This document shows positions 7,327 to 15,810 of a stretch of 31,967 nt of DNA, in pieces. This DNA is from a virus (taxonomy: Duplodnaviria; Caudoviricetes). Below the pieces are notes generated by a model, which worked only from the letters and a program-made list of their open reading frames with translations, was not told the origin of the DNA and ran no database searches. Position 1 is the first letter of the stretch. The number at the start of each line of letters is the position of its first letter. The translations under genes were made by a program, and so were the position numbers. Location of the stretch: positions 1 to 31,967 of the IMG/VR virus record IMGVR_UViG_3300049828_000433; one strand, given 5' to 3'.

Positions 7327-9403
7327 GCCGCAGCTTGTCCGCATTCGGCGGCAAGACAACCGCGTCTGCGAGCTGGACAGCGACTTGTTCGACTGGATGC
7401 CTTCCCACGTGCGCTGCCCTGCCCAGCGGATCACAGTTGACTACACGCCTTCATCATCCGCCGTCGCCGCGTTCGGGGCTGCCGATCTGCAATCACCTGC
7501 CGACTTTCTCCGCACCATCCCGATCAAGCAAGGCCCCAAAAAAGGCAGCTACGGCGATCCGTTTTTCCTGCCTTGGCAGCCAGCATTTTTGGAAATTTTG
7601 TGCCATCCTGCGGCGCGGGTTATAGTCCTTGCCGCTGGGAACCAGCAGGGGAAAACAACAATTGTTGAGTCCTACGTCGCGTGGTGCGCAAAAAATGATC
7701 CAAAGGACTGTGCAATTTTTTATCCCGGCCATGATACCGCCTCAAAGAAATTCCGGGCTACGTTGATCCCGATTTTCAAAAGCAAAAAATTCAAATATTT
7801 ATGCACCGGGAAAGAGGATGACCTGAGCGGCGGCTTGATCCAGCTCTCGCTCATGTCCATCCACGCTGGCAACACAACCAGCGTCATGTCTATGTCAACG
7901 TATTCGTTCCACACCGTTGTCATTGAGGAGGCGGACAAGGTCGTTGAAGATGTTTCCGAAACAGAAACGTCGGTCAAATTTCTGTTGGACGGCAGGCGTG
8001 AGTCCTACGGCGCAGATGGCCGGACAATTTGGGTTTCCACTCTGTCCGTGGATGGTGCGCCCTGCTCAAAAGAGCTGGCCGTTGTGCAAATGCGGATAGA
8101 CTTCCTGCCGCGCTGCCCGTTCTGCGGATTGGAACACCAGCTTGATGACAAGCATCTTGATTATGTAATTGATAACAAGATGTTTTCCACAGAATCTAAC
8201 ATCCTCAATGTGCGCTATGTCTGTCCGCAATGCAAGGCGAAATGGACAGAAGCCGACCGCAAGCAGGCCCTGCTCGCCGGAAGATTTGCGGCGCGGGAAA
8301 ATGGCTGGCGGGACAAATTGGACAAGGCCGGGAAGTATGGTCACGATCCGCGCCCGATTCTCGAAATCCTGAACACCGACGCATGGCCGGAGAGCATCGG
8401 CACAGCCATTCCCGCGCTGGCCTCTCCGCAGGTTTCCATGCTGCGGATCGCTGGTTTTGTCGAGCAGGCAAAGACTGACATCGCCGCCGCGAAATATCTC
8501 GCCAACCACATCCGCGCCGAAACCTTCTCGCTCTCTGGCCATCGCCGCCAGCCGGAAGCAATCCTCAAGCGGAGTTGGGGTCAGCCGCGCGGTGTTGTGC
8601 CGCCTGCCTCTGACGATCTCACCTACATCCTCTGTGGCTGTGATACGCAGCACGATTCCTTGTATTATTGCATTGTTGCCTATGGCTGGCCCTATACCCG
8701 CGATGGTCATTCGAGCCGCCCTAAAGCATGGGTGATTGACTACGGCAACATCCCGACGACCATTGACCAGCACGGCGAAAAAGTGCGGCTTCCCATCGCG
8801 CCGATTCTTGATCAGCTTGAAGCCCGAAAATTCCGCGACATTTTCGGCAATGAAGAGCGGTCTCCCGGTGTGCCGTACAGAATCAACTCGCTCGTGATTG
8901 ACGGGCGCGGCAACACTGGGATGGACAAAGCGGGAAATCGCTACAAAGAAGTCAAGGAATGGGCAGCCCTGACCAGCGGCACTATGCAGCGGTACATGAG
9001 CTGGGGCGAGCAGCACGATTTCAAAGGGGAGCTGTATCGCTGGTCAAAGACTTCCGATCCGCTGCGTCCGGGGTTTGAAATGCTGCGGCTTGACATAGAC
9101 CGCAATGCCACGGAGTTTGAGGTCGAATCAATGCTGCTTGTCGGCCAAAATGGCCCCGGCGCGTTGCAAGTCAGTAATGATTGCGACCTCTTGTTTGCGC
9201 AGCATCTGTGCGCTGCGCAGCTCAATCAGCGCACAGGAAGGATGGAGCCGATTGCAGGGCAGCGGCGGGATTGGCGGGATTGCGTCCGGCAGACCCGCGC
9301 ACTCTACGATGCGATCTGGTCTGCCTTCAAACAGCGGGTTGCTACGGAAGCTCAGTCGGGGATTGGTGATCAGCGGAGGGTGCTGGCTCCGTGGATGCGT
9401 TAG
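7307..9403 (+). CDS. terL: Terminase large subunit, lambda GpA family
   Basis: Walker A AGNQQGKTT; Walker B VVIEEAD; CPFCG and CPQC; nuclease motifs GCDTQ, IDGRG, DWRDC. Confidence 0.93.
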   Translation: MTKPILEPQLVRIRRQDNRVCELDSDLFDWMPSHVRCPAQRITVDYTPSSSAVAAFGAADLQSPADFLRTIPIKQGPKKGSYGDPFFLPWQPAFLEILCHPAARVIVLAAGNQQGKTTIVESYVAWCAKNDPKDCAIFYPGHDTASKKFRATLIPIFKSKKFKYLCTGKEDDLSGGLIQLSLMSIHAGNTTSVMSMSTYSFHTVVIEEADKVVEDVSETETSVKFLLDGRRESYGADGRTIWVSTLSVDGAPCSKELAVVQMRIDFLPRCPFCGLEHQLDDKHLDYVIDNKMFSTESNILNVRYVCPQCKAKWTEADRKQALLAGRFAARENGWRDKLDKAGKYGHDPRPILEILNTDAWPESIGTAIPALASPQVSMLRIAGFVEQAKTDIAAAKYLANHIRAETFSLSGHRRQPEAILKRSWGQPRGVVPPASDDLTYILCGCDTQHDSLYYCIVAYGWPYTRDGHSSRPKAWVIDYGNIPTTIDQHGEKVRLPIAPILDQLEARKFRDIFGNEERSPGVPYRINSLVIDGRGNTGMDKAGNRYKEVKEWAALTSGTMQRYMSWGEQHDFKGELYRWSKTSDPLRPGFEMLRLDIDRNATEFEVESMLLVGQNGPGALQVSNDCDLLFAQHLCAAQLNQRTGRMEPIAGQRRDWRDCVRQTRALYDAIWSAFKQRVATEAQSGIGDQRRVLAPWMR

Positions 9404-9662
9404 ATTTGTCGAGTCTAATTTTTTCCATTTCAGCAAGGACATTTCCGTTGTGCTGTATCAATGCTTCCGTGATGTCTCTTTGCTGCCGTTTCCTGCCCCA
9501 TTGCTCTCCGCTATCAAAGGCAAGTATGAGCGCAAGTACCATCCAAATGCTCGGAATAATCAATATTGACGAATTAAACCCATATTTTTCTGCTAAATAC
9601 GAGCTTGAAGTCAACGCGACTATCCCTAAAAGAAACGATAAAAGTGCGTTGAAAGTAGCCAT
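9342..9662 (-). CDS. Two-TM membrane protein
   Basis: Two hydrophobic stretches; GGAGG SD; AT-rich; 3' end overlaps the terL end by 62 nt. Confidence 0.7.
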   Translation of the reverse strand: MATFNALLSFLLGIVALTSSSYLAEKYGFNSSILIIPSIWMVLALILAFDSGEQWGRKRQQRDITEALIQHNGNVLAEMEKIRLDKSNASTEPAPSADHQSPTELP

Positions 9663-9670
9663 TCTATTTC

Positions 9671-9718
9671 CTCCATACTTCACATTTGCGGGCCGAGGCC
9701 AATCCCCGGCCCGTTGAA
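9671..9718 (-). repeat. 48-bp intergenic direct repeat, copy 1 (hairpin + SD)
   Basis: 45/48 identical to 10038-10085. Confidence 0.95.
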
Positions 9719-10030
9719 TTACTGCTTGTCTGCTGCTATCGCTGGTTCAGTGTATGCGGGTATTTTATTCAAGTAATCGGCAACACTGTCCGTTCGGTCA
9801 GTCATTAAGTCATCCATCGCGAGCTTGACACCGCTGCAATTATTCTCTACTGGAGGATACTCGCATGTCTTGTGCTCGCGCAGGAATGCTTTTTGGATGC
9901 CATTAATCATATCAACAGATATCGGCATTGACACTTGCAGCTCCTGCCCGCAGCGTTCGCATTTTATCGCAAACGGGTTTGCGATAGGTTTGATGCCATC
10001 AAACAAGATAACTACATGATGCTTTTTCAT
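9719..10030 (-). CDS. Hypothetical protein with CxxC...HxxC motif
   Basis: CERCG...HKTC; GGAG SD 7 nt before ATG 10030; flanked by the 48-bp repeats. Confidence 0.75.
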   Translation of the reverse strand: MKKHHVVILFDGIKPIANPFAIKCERCGQELQVSMPISVDMINGIQKAFLREHKTCEYPPVENNCSGVKLAMDDLMTDRTDSVADYLNKIPAYTEPAIAADKQ

Positions 10031-10037
10031 TGCCATT

Positions 10038-10085
10038 CTCCATGCTTCACATTTGCGGGCCGATGCCAATCCCCAGCCCGTTGAA
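10038..10085 (-). repeat. 48-bp intergenic direct repeat, copy 2
   Basis: 45/48 identical to 9671-9718. Confidence 0.95.
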
Positions 10086-10086
10086 A

Positions 10087-10428
10087 TCACCAACTGATCA
10101 GCTCGCCGTGAAACGGCAGCCTGTGCGTTGCTGCTGTCCAGCGCAGCAGGTCGCTAAAATCCTCGAACCCGTCTTTCCGGGCAAACTCTTCTTCGTCCAC
10201 GTGGCGGCCGTCAACCGTCACGCCGACCGCATCCACGCAGACCGGCGCAACAGACTTGCACACAACCTCCTTGATCAGCACCTGCTTGGAGCGGTAAGGC
10301 CGTCCGCTCCACTGCCTCAGACTCAGCGTGTCGCCTGGCTTGCAGCGGGCCTTTTTGCGCATCGTCTGGTTTTTGTCCCCGCGCCGAACGAGATTTGCAA
10401 AATGCGGCTGAAAAATAATCACTCTCAC
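10087..10428 (-). CDS. ASCH-domain protein
   Basis: IIFQPHFANLVRRGDKNQTMR (GxKxxTxR)...PGD.L.L...FARKDGF; GTGA overlap with upstream stop; AGGAGG SD. Confidence 0.85.
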   Translation of the reverse strand: MRVIIFQPHFANLVRRGDKNQTMRKKARCKPGDTLSLRQWSGRPYRSKQVLIKEVVCKSVAPVCVDAVGVTVDGRHVDEEEFARKDGFEDFSDLLRWTAATHRLPFHGELISW

Positions 10429-10655
10429 TTTCGCGCCCCTCCTTTTGTTCCCCGCCCTCTTGACCTGCGCCGCCGCCAAAGCTGCCGAGGATTGAGCTGC
10501 GCTTTAGCCTTGCGCCCGGTCATCCTCCGTCGTGCTGCTATCGGCAGAGGAATTATTTCATCCACCGCCCTCATCGCCGCAGTAAACTCTCGTAAGGTTC
10601 TGCCTGCCGCCTTTACTGCCGCTGCCAGCGCAGCAAACAAATCAGTTTTTGCCAT
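10425..10655 (-). CDS. Small basic hypothetical protein
   Basis: GGAGG SD; Arg-rich C-terminus; overlaps both neighbours. Confidence 0.65.
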   Translation of the reverse strand: MAKTDLFAALAAAVKAAGRTLREFTAAMRAVDEIIPLPIAARRRMTGRKAKAQLNPRQLWRRRRSRGRGTKGGARK

Positions 10656-10920
10656 TCTGTTTCCTCCATGCCATTGGTTTTTTGCCGGGCTTTTTTGGTG
10701 CCCAGAGTGATGCGCCGAAGCTGTAACCCATCCGCTTTAGCAGCTCCTCTACGTTCTTGTTGTTCGACTTCAGCTTGCTAATTCTCGCTGATAGGATTTC
10801 TCCGTTCTGGTCGAGCTGGTCAAGCAGCAGGTCAGCCAGCCGCACCATACCCGCCGCCGCTTTGCGTTCTTCGGCCTTCAACGCGGCGAAAAGCTGGAGG
10901 ATTTGATTTATTTCATCCAT
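10642..10920 (-). CDS. Hypothetical coiled-coil protein
   Basis: Heptad-like Leu pattern; overlaps neighbours; start uncertain. Confidence 0.6.
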   Translation of the reverse strand: MDEINQILQLFAALKAEERKAAAGMVRLADLLLDQLDQNGEILSARISKLKSNNKNVEELLKRMGYSFGASLWAPKKPGKKPMAWRKQNGKN

Positions 10921-11171
10921 TCTTTTGCTATTTTTTTTGAGGCTTTGCAATCAGCTGTCCAGCTATCACTCGCAGGCCCGCCGGGGAAGCACCCGCCGTA
11001 ATTTGTGCTTTGTGCGCCGCAGTCTGCGCACTGTATGTTGGAATCCGTCCCGTATATTGTTCCGCCGCATGATTCGCACTGTTTAACAGCAATCGGCAGC
11101 TTTTCGCGTTCCAGATGTTCAATCAACTTCATGTACTTATCGTGCCTTTTTTCCTCTTCGAGTATGTCCAT
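10908..11171 (-). CDS. Zn-ribbon protein
   Basis: CESCGG...CADCG; start placed at ATG 11171, downstream of the terminator. Confidence 0.65.
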   Translation of the reverse strand: MDILEEEKRHDKYMKLIEHLEREKLPIAVKQCESCGGTIYGTDSNIQCADCGAQSTNYGGCFPGGPASDSWTADCKASKKIAKEWMK

Positions 11172-11196
11172 TTTTTCGGTTGGTTGATTTTTTAAT

Positions 11197-11225
11197 AAAA
11201 AAAACCGGTGATCACTGCTCACCGG
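11197..11225 (-). terminator. Intrinsic terminator/attenuator ahead of the leftward cassette
   Basis: CCGGTGA-7 nt-TCACCGG followed by 8 U on the minus strand. Confidence 0.7.
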
Positions 11226-11372
11226 CAAGCAGGCTGCCGCACTGGTGTCCCGTTTTTGTGCAAATTACCCCTCTGGCTGATCAGGCCGAGCAATCCACGA
11301 TCTTGACTACCAAGCCACCGGGCCGGGAGCGGCAACACCTCACCCGTGCTGTCTCGTATATGCCTTGTTACT
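11197..11372 (-). ncRNA. Candidate ~175-nt structured leader or sRNA
   Basis: Between a near-consensus promoter and a terminator; no convincing ORF; long-range pairings visible by eye. Confidence 0.5.
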
Positions 11373-11378
11373 TGGTGC

Positions 11379-11407
11379 ATAATACATCGGGCTGGCTATT
11401 ATGTCAA
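11379..11407 (-). promoter_or_regulatory. Strong leftward sigma70 promoter
   Basis: TTGACA (11407-11402), 17 nt, TATTAT (11384-11379). Confidence 0.8.
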
Positions 11408-11410
11408 GGC

Positions 11411-11470
11411 GAAAGTATCCTTTTGAAAGTATCCTTTTGAAAGTATCCTTTTGAAAGTATCCTTTTGAAA
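11411..11470. repeat. Tandem repeat (GAAAGTATCCTTTT) x4.3
   Basis: Four perfect 14-bp units plus GAAA. Confidence 0.98.
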
Positions 11471-11497
11471 TCACTAATTATTTTCCAAAGAAAAAAA

Positions 11498-11526
11498 TTG
11501 CGTAAAAAAAAAAAATCGGCAATGAT
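11498..11526 (+). promoter_or_regulatory. Possible head-operon promoter with A12 spacer
   Basis: TTGCGT (11498-11503), 17-nt spacer containing A12, AATGAT (11521-11526). Confidence 0.4.
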
Positions 11527-11546
11527 GGAAGAAAGGAGAGGAGCGC

Positions 11547-11804
11547 ATGACTTACCAAGAGAGATTGCAAGAATGGCTAACTGATATTGAGGCCGAATTG
11601 GTCAGGATCGATGCGGCAATTGCCGATCAAGGCGGCATTCAGGAACACCTCGCAGGCGGAGAGCAGACCAAACTGCATCGTCTCGAAGCACTGCTGTCCC
11701 GCAAAGACACGCTGGAAAAAAAGCGCATGGAAATTTGGAAAGAGCAGGCCAAATACAACGAGGGCTTCCAGCGTCCGGCATCTGCCAGAGTGGTGTTCTA
11801 TTGA
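11547..11804 (+). CDS. Head-tail adaptor, gpW-like
   Basis: Small helix-hairpin-helix type protein directly before the portal; GAGGAG SD. Confidence 0.65.
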   Translation: MTYQERLQEWLTDIEAELVRIDAAIADQGGIQEHLAGGEQTKLHRLEALLSRKDTLEKKRMEIWKEQAKYNEGFQRPASARVVFY

Positions 11805-13393
11805 TGCTTGATTTTTTTAAAAAAATGTTTGGCGGCAAAGGTGTGCCGAACAAGCCGAATACTCCTGCTCCGCCGCAGAACAGCCTGCGGGCAGGCAACC
11901 CGGACGAGGGCTACCGCCGCCGCCGCGCGCGGCAGGAAAGTTTTGATGCGATGTGGAATCGCTCGCGGCCTATGGACTTGGTTGCGCTCTGCCGTCTCCA
12001 AGCCGCTGATGTGGCGCAGGTCGTTACCAATCGCCGCCGCAAAAAAAATCATGTCATCCGCACCGGCCTGCATCCGCTGTTCAACTTCACGCTGTCCACC
12101 GGCCTGCCGGACAGCGACCGTAACAAGCGGTTGACCAAACGCTGGCGGAAGTGGACAAAACGTTGTGACAGCCGCCAGCGATTGTCCTTTTCAAAGCTCC
12201 AGCGGCTTGCGCATGATGAGCTGTTCGCCAGCGGCTCTTTCTTCGCCAAGAAAATATTGGATTTTTCTAATAAAAATGTTTCTCCGCTGCGCATCCAGCT
12301 CTTGGATCGGGATCATCTCGACCGGCAGCGGAACAGCACAGAGGCAGACGGCAGCGTTACCCGGCGCGGAATCAAGTACAACGCCGCCGATCAGGTGCTT
12401 GGCTACTGGCTCTTTGACCAGCTGCCAAACGACAACTGGCTTGGTAGGCTGTCGGCGGAAAGCCGGTATGTCCCCGCCGAATGGCTGCTGCATGTGTACA
12501 TCCCTGAGCGCATCACGCAGCGCGAGGGTGTCCCTGAAGGCAGTTCAGCCGCGCTTACTGCGGGAGACTTGGAGGATTTTCAAGGCTACGCTCTTCAGCA
12601 GGCTATGATCGGCGCGACCGATGGCGGCAAACTGATCGGCGGCGATGCGGGCGATCTTCCCGGCCTTGGTATCAATTCTGTATGTGACCCCAACTTAGGC
12701 CGGGAAATGTCAAGATCGTGCGGCAGCAGGTGGCCGACCTACTTTGACAGCAACGGCAAGCTGGTCGGCGAGGGCATGACTATCGGAGTCAGCGGCCCGC
12801 AGATCACGGTGCTGCCGAAAGGCGAATACAAAGAGCCTGCGCCGCAAACGCCGAATGCCAATTTGCCGCAGTTCAGCGATCACTGCGCTCGGCGCATTGC
12901 CGGGCCTTCTGGCCTGAGCTACGAAATGAGTACCGGCGACGTGAGCAAGACCTCGTTTGCCGGAATCATGGCGACGCAGCAGCTTTCCGGCGTGGATTTT
13001 GAATGCTCACAATTTGATTTTATTGAGGATTTCCTCAGTAAAATCATGGAATGGTGGCTGGGAAGCGAATGGCTTTTCGGCGGGCCAGAAAGCCGCCGCG
13101 ATCTCGCTGGCTACGGCGATGACCCGGATGAGTACCATGACGCGGTGAGCTGGCAGTACAACGGCGAGCAGACGCTCAATCCGTACCAGCAGGCTACGGC
13201 GGCAGAAAAACGGATTGATCTTGGCATGTCATGTCATCGCGGTGAAGCGGCGGCAATCGGCGAAAACTTTGACGAAAATATCGGCCAGCAGATGGAAGAG
13301 CTTGACCTGCTCATCCACCGCGAAGAGAAGAAGCTGCGGTTGCTGGGCCTGAAAAAACAAGTGGAAAAAGGGATGGAACCGAATGCCTCCTAA
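11804..13393 (+). CDS. Portal protein, lambda family
   Basis: W..W...CD...RLSF..LQRLA; PLRIQLLDRDHL; GIKYN...GYW; Q.EGVP; GLSYEM.TGD.S.TSF; TGATG coupling to upstream gene. Confidence 0.93.
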   Translation: MLDFFKKMFGGKGVPNKPNTPAPPQNSLRAGNPDEGYRRRRARQESFDAMWNRSRPMDLVALCRLQAADVAQVVTNRRRKKNHVIRTGLHPLFNFTLSTGLPDSDRNKRLTKRWRKWTKRCDSRQRLSFSKLQRLAHDELFASGSFFAKKILDFSNKNVSPLRIQLLDRDHLDRQRNSTEADGSVTRRGIKYNAADQVLGYWLFDQLPNDNWLGRLSAESRYVPAEWLLHVYIPERITQREGVPEGSSAALTAGDLEDFQGYALQQAMIGATDGGKLIGGDAGDLPGLGINSVCDPNLGREMSRSCGSRWPTYFDSNGKLVGEGMTIGVSGPQITVLPKGEYKEPAPQTPNANLPQFSDHCARRIAGPSGLSYEMSTGDVSKTSFAGIMATQQLSGVDFECSQFDFIEDFLSKIMEWWLGSEWLFGGPESRRDLAGYGDDPDEYHDAVSWQYNGEQTLNPYQQATAAEKRIDLGMSCHRGEAAAIGENFDENIGQQMEELDLLIHREEKKLRLLGLKKQVEKGMEPNAS

Positions 13394-15425
13394 GAAATGG
13401 TGGAACATCAAGGCATCAGCGGATAACGCTGACGAAACCGTGCTCGAAATATTTTCCGACATCGGCGAAAGCTGGTGGTCAGAGAGCGTTTCGGCGCGGC
13501 AGTTTTCAGAGCAGCTCAAGGCCGTGACCACGTCGCGCATCCTGCTCAAGATCAATTCGCTGGGCGGGTCTATTTTTGACGGCCTGACCATTCACAACGC
13601 GCTCAAGTTCCACCCTGCCCACGTCGTCGGCAGGGTGGAAGGCGTGGCCGCGTCCATCGCCTCAGTCATCCTGATGGCGGCTGACGAAATTGAAATGCCT
13701 GCCAACACTATGCTGATGATCCATGACCCGTGGACGGTCATTGACATATTGATGGGGGCAAACGCTGAGGATATCCGCAAACAGGCCGACAAGTTGCTGA
13801 AAGATGCGGAAATGCTTGATCAAATCAAGCAGGCTCTTGTCGCATCGTACCGCCGCTCAAGCCAGACAGACAAGCAGATTGCCGCGCTGATGAGCGATGA
13901 GACATGGCTCACCGCCGAACAAGCGGTGGAGATGGGCTTTGCCGACCGCATCGCAGGCGCACCGGCTGCGCAAGCCGCAGGCCGTTCTGCCATTTTTAAC
14001 AGCTACAAAAAAATACCAGTAACCGCAAGGAAATACATCATGCCGCCGAAAGACACCACCCCTGAACCGCCGCCGAAAGACACCACCCCTGAACCGCCGC
14101 CGAAAGACACCACCCCTGAACCGCCGCCGAACAACGTATCTGATCCCAACATTGTCGCCGCCATTGCCGAAAAGCAGCGCCGCGAAGAAGTCCTGGCCGT
14201 GTGCAAAGAGATGGGCCTGCCGGATGACATGACCGCGCCGTTTCTGGCGGATCGCAAATACACCGGGGCCGATCTGCGGGCCGCCGCTGCTAAACAATCA
14301 CCACACAACGCGCCGATGAAAACAGGTGGAACAGGCGTGTGGACGCACGGCGATCACACGGACGCGGATAAGTACCGAGCCGCAGTAGGCGCAGGCATCT
14401 TGGCAAGCCAGCGGATCAAATTGGTGGACAGCGAGGGCCAGCCGAAAAAATACGCGGCTGGATACGAAGATTTCCAGCATTATTCAGCCATCGAACTGTG
14501 CCGCATTGTATTGGCCAAGCGCGGCGACAGTACAGCCGGAATGAGCGGCTACCAGATTGCCAACGCCGCTCTTGATCCGACCGGAGATTTTCCGCTGCTC
14601 CTAAGAGAGGTTGCACAGACTGTCCTGCTATCCGGCTACTCGCTCAAGCCAGCCAAGCGGCAAGCGATTACTATTGACATTCCTGCAAGAAATTACAAGG
14701 AAAACAGAACGCTAAGAGTTGAAGCCGAGGCAGACCTTGAAATTTTGCTGGAAGACGGCAAGCTGCCGCAGAAGCACCTCAAAGAGGGGTCAGAATCGTA
14801 CCGGGTTAAAGATCGCGGTATGCAGCTCGGCGTGACTCATCAAGTCATTGTCAACGATGAGCTGGGAGCGGTCATGGGTGCGCTCAATCGCATCTCTATG
14901 CGCATATCTAAGATTGAGGACAAAGACGTTTTTGGCCTTATCCAGTCTAACCCAAATCTTTCCGATGGTCTCCCCCTTTTTTCCACCGCGAACGGAAACT
15001 TGGCAACAGCTGGCGCGTTGTCGAAGACCACTCTATCCGCTGGCCGCGTCCTCCTCGCCGCGCAAGCATTGATCACCGGCGAAGAGAGCGAGGCAGAAGA
15101 TACGATACTGCTCATCGGCAATAACAGTGATCGGCTGACCGCCGCTGAACTTATTTTTGGCAGTAACCTGCCAAACGATACCCGCAAGGTACTATTTGAT
15201 TATCTGGCCCCAGTTTGGTCAAGTCAGATCACGGGGGCTTTCTACCAGTTCGCCAATCCTGTAGAATATCCAGTCATTGGATTTTCCTACCTACAAGGCA
15301 ACGAGGCTCCGTTCATAGAAACTCGGCAGGATTTCGGCAGTCGCAGCCTCCAGATTGCGATTGTCCACAGCTACGGCTACGGCGCAGTTGGCCACGTCGG
15401 GGCCGTCAAAACACCAGCAACTTGA
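13383..15425 (+). CDS. ClpP-like prohead protease fused to scaffold and major capsid protein
   Basis: INSLGG, GVAASIAS (catalytic Ser), LMIHDP, ETWLTAEQAVEMGFAD; C-terminal capsid-like DFP.LL, IVNDELG, SDG.PLF, YLQG.EAP. Confidence 0.93.
   Translation: MPPKKWWNIKASADNADETVLEIFSDIGESWWSESVSARQFSEQLKAVTTSRILLKINSLGGSIFDGLTIHNALKFHPAHVVGRVEGVAASIASVILMAADEIEMPANTMLMIHDPWTVIDILMGANAEDIRKQADKLLKDAEMLDQIKQALVASYRRSSQTDKQIAALMSDETWLTAEQAVEMGFADRIAGAPAAQAAGRSAIFNSYKKIPVTARKYIMPPKDTTPEPPPKDTTPEPPPKDTTPEPPPNNVSDPNIVAAIAEKQRREEVLAVCKEMGLPDDMTAPFLADRKYTGADLRAAAAKQSPHNAPMKTGGTGVWTHGDHTDADKYRAAVGAGILASQRIKLVDSEGQPKKYAAGYEDFQHYSAIELCRIVLAKRGDSTAGMSGYQIANAALDPTGDFPLLLREVAQTVLLSGYSLKPAKRQAITIDIPARNYKENRTLRVEAEADLEILLEDGKLPQKHLKEGSESYRVKDRGMQLGVTHQVIVNDELGAVMGALNRISMRISKIEDKDVFGLIQSNPNLSDGLPLFSTANGNLATAGALSKTTLSAGRVLLAAQALITGEESEAEDTILLIGNNSDRLTAAELIFGSNLPNDTRKVLFDYLAPVWSSQITGAFYQFANPVEYPVIGFSYLQGNEAPFIETRQDFGSRSLQIAIVHSYGYGAVGHVGAVKTPAT
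14042..14131 (+). repeat. 27-bp coding tandem repeat x3.3 (PPKDTTPEP)
   Basis: GCCGCCGAAAGACACCACCCCTGAACC, three perfect copies plus 9 nt. Confidence 0.98.
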
Positions 15426-15446
15426 TTTCATTAGGGAGATAAGATA

Positions 15447-15797
15447 ATGGCACAAGCAGGACAGATCAGGTATCAAGAGGATGGCAAGCTGCATTACAAA
15501 AACACCAGCGGCACAACACTGCCAATCCGCAGCATTGTTGTCATAGGCAACCGCGTCGGCATCATCAATTCCGCTCTCGCTAATAACGAGGTAGGCGTTG
15601 CTGATATAGTCGGCATCTGGCCGATGCCGGTCAAGTCAACGCTGACCCCGGCTGCTGGCGACGTGCTGGGATGGGACGTGGCGGACGGCGAATTTAACGA
15701 CGACCTCGTCAACAACACCATCCACGCTGTGGTCGCGGCCTCGTCGCTGGGCGGGCTGTGTCCGACCGCAGGGATGGAGTGGATGCACATCGGATGA
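15447..15797 (+). CDS. DUF2190-like capsid-associated protein
   Basis: Follows capsid gene; YQEDG...VVIGNRVGI...G...GIW...GD.LGWD pattern. Confidence 0.75.
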   Translation: MAQAGQIRYQEDGKLHYKNTSGTTLPIRSIVVIGNRVGIINSALANNEVGVADIVGIWPMPVKSTLTPAAGDVLGWDVADGEFNDDLVNNTIHAVVAASSLGGLCPTAGMEWMHIG

Positions 15798-15810
15798 GAG
15801 GATATACACC

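Noticed and set aside
9671-10085. Bona fide integron attC sites or a mini-CRISPR
   Set aside because: Only 48 bp, no GTTRRRY end, no integron integrase; the intervening 319 bp is a gene, not a spacer
11411-11470. CRISPR array
   Set aside because: 14-bp units are directly adjacent with no spacers; no cas genes
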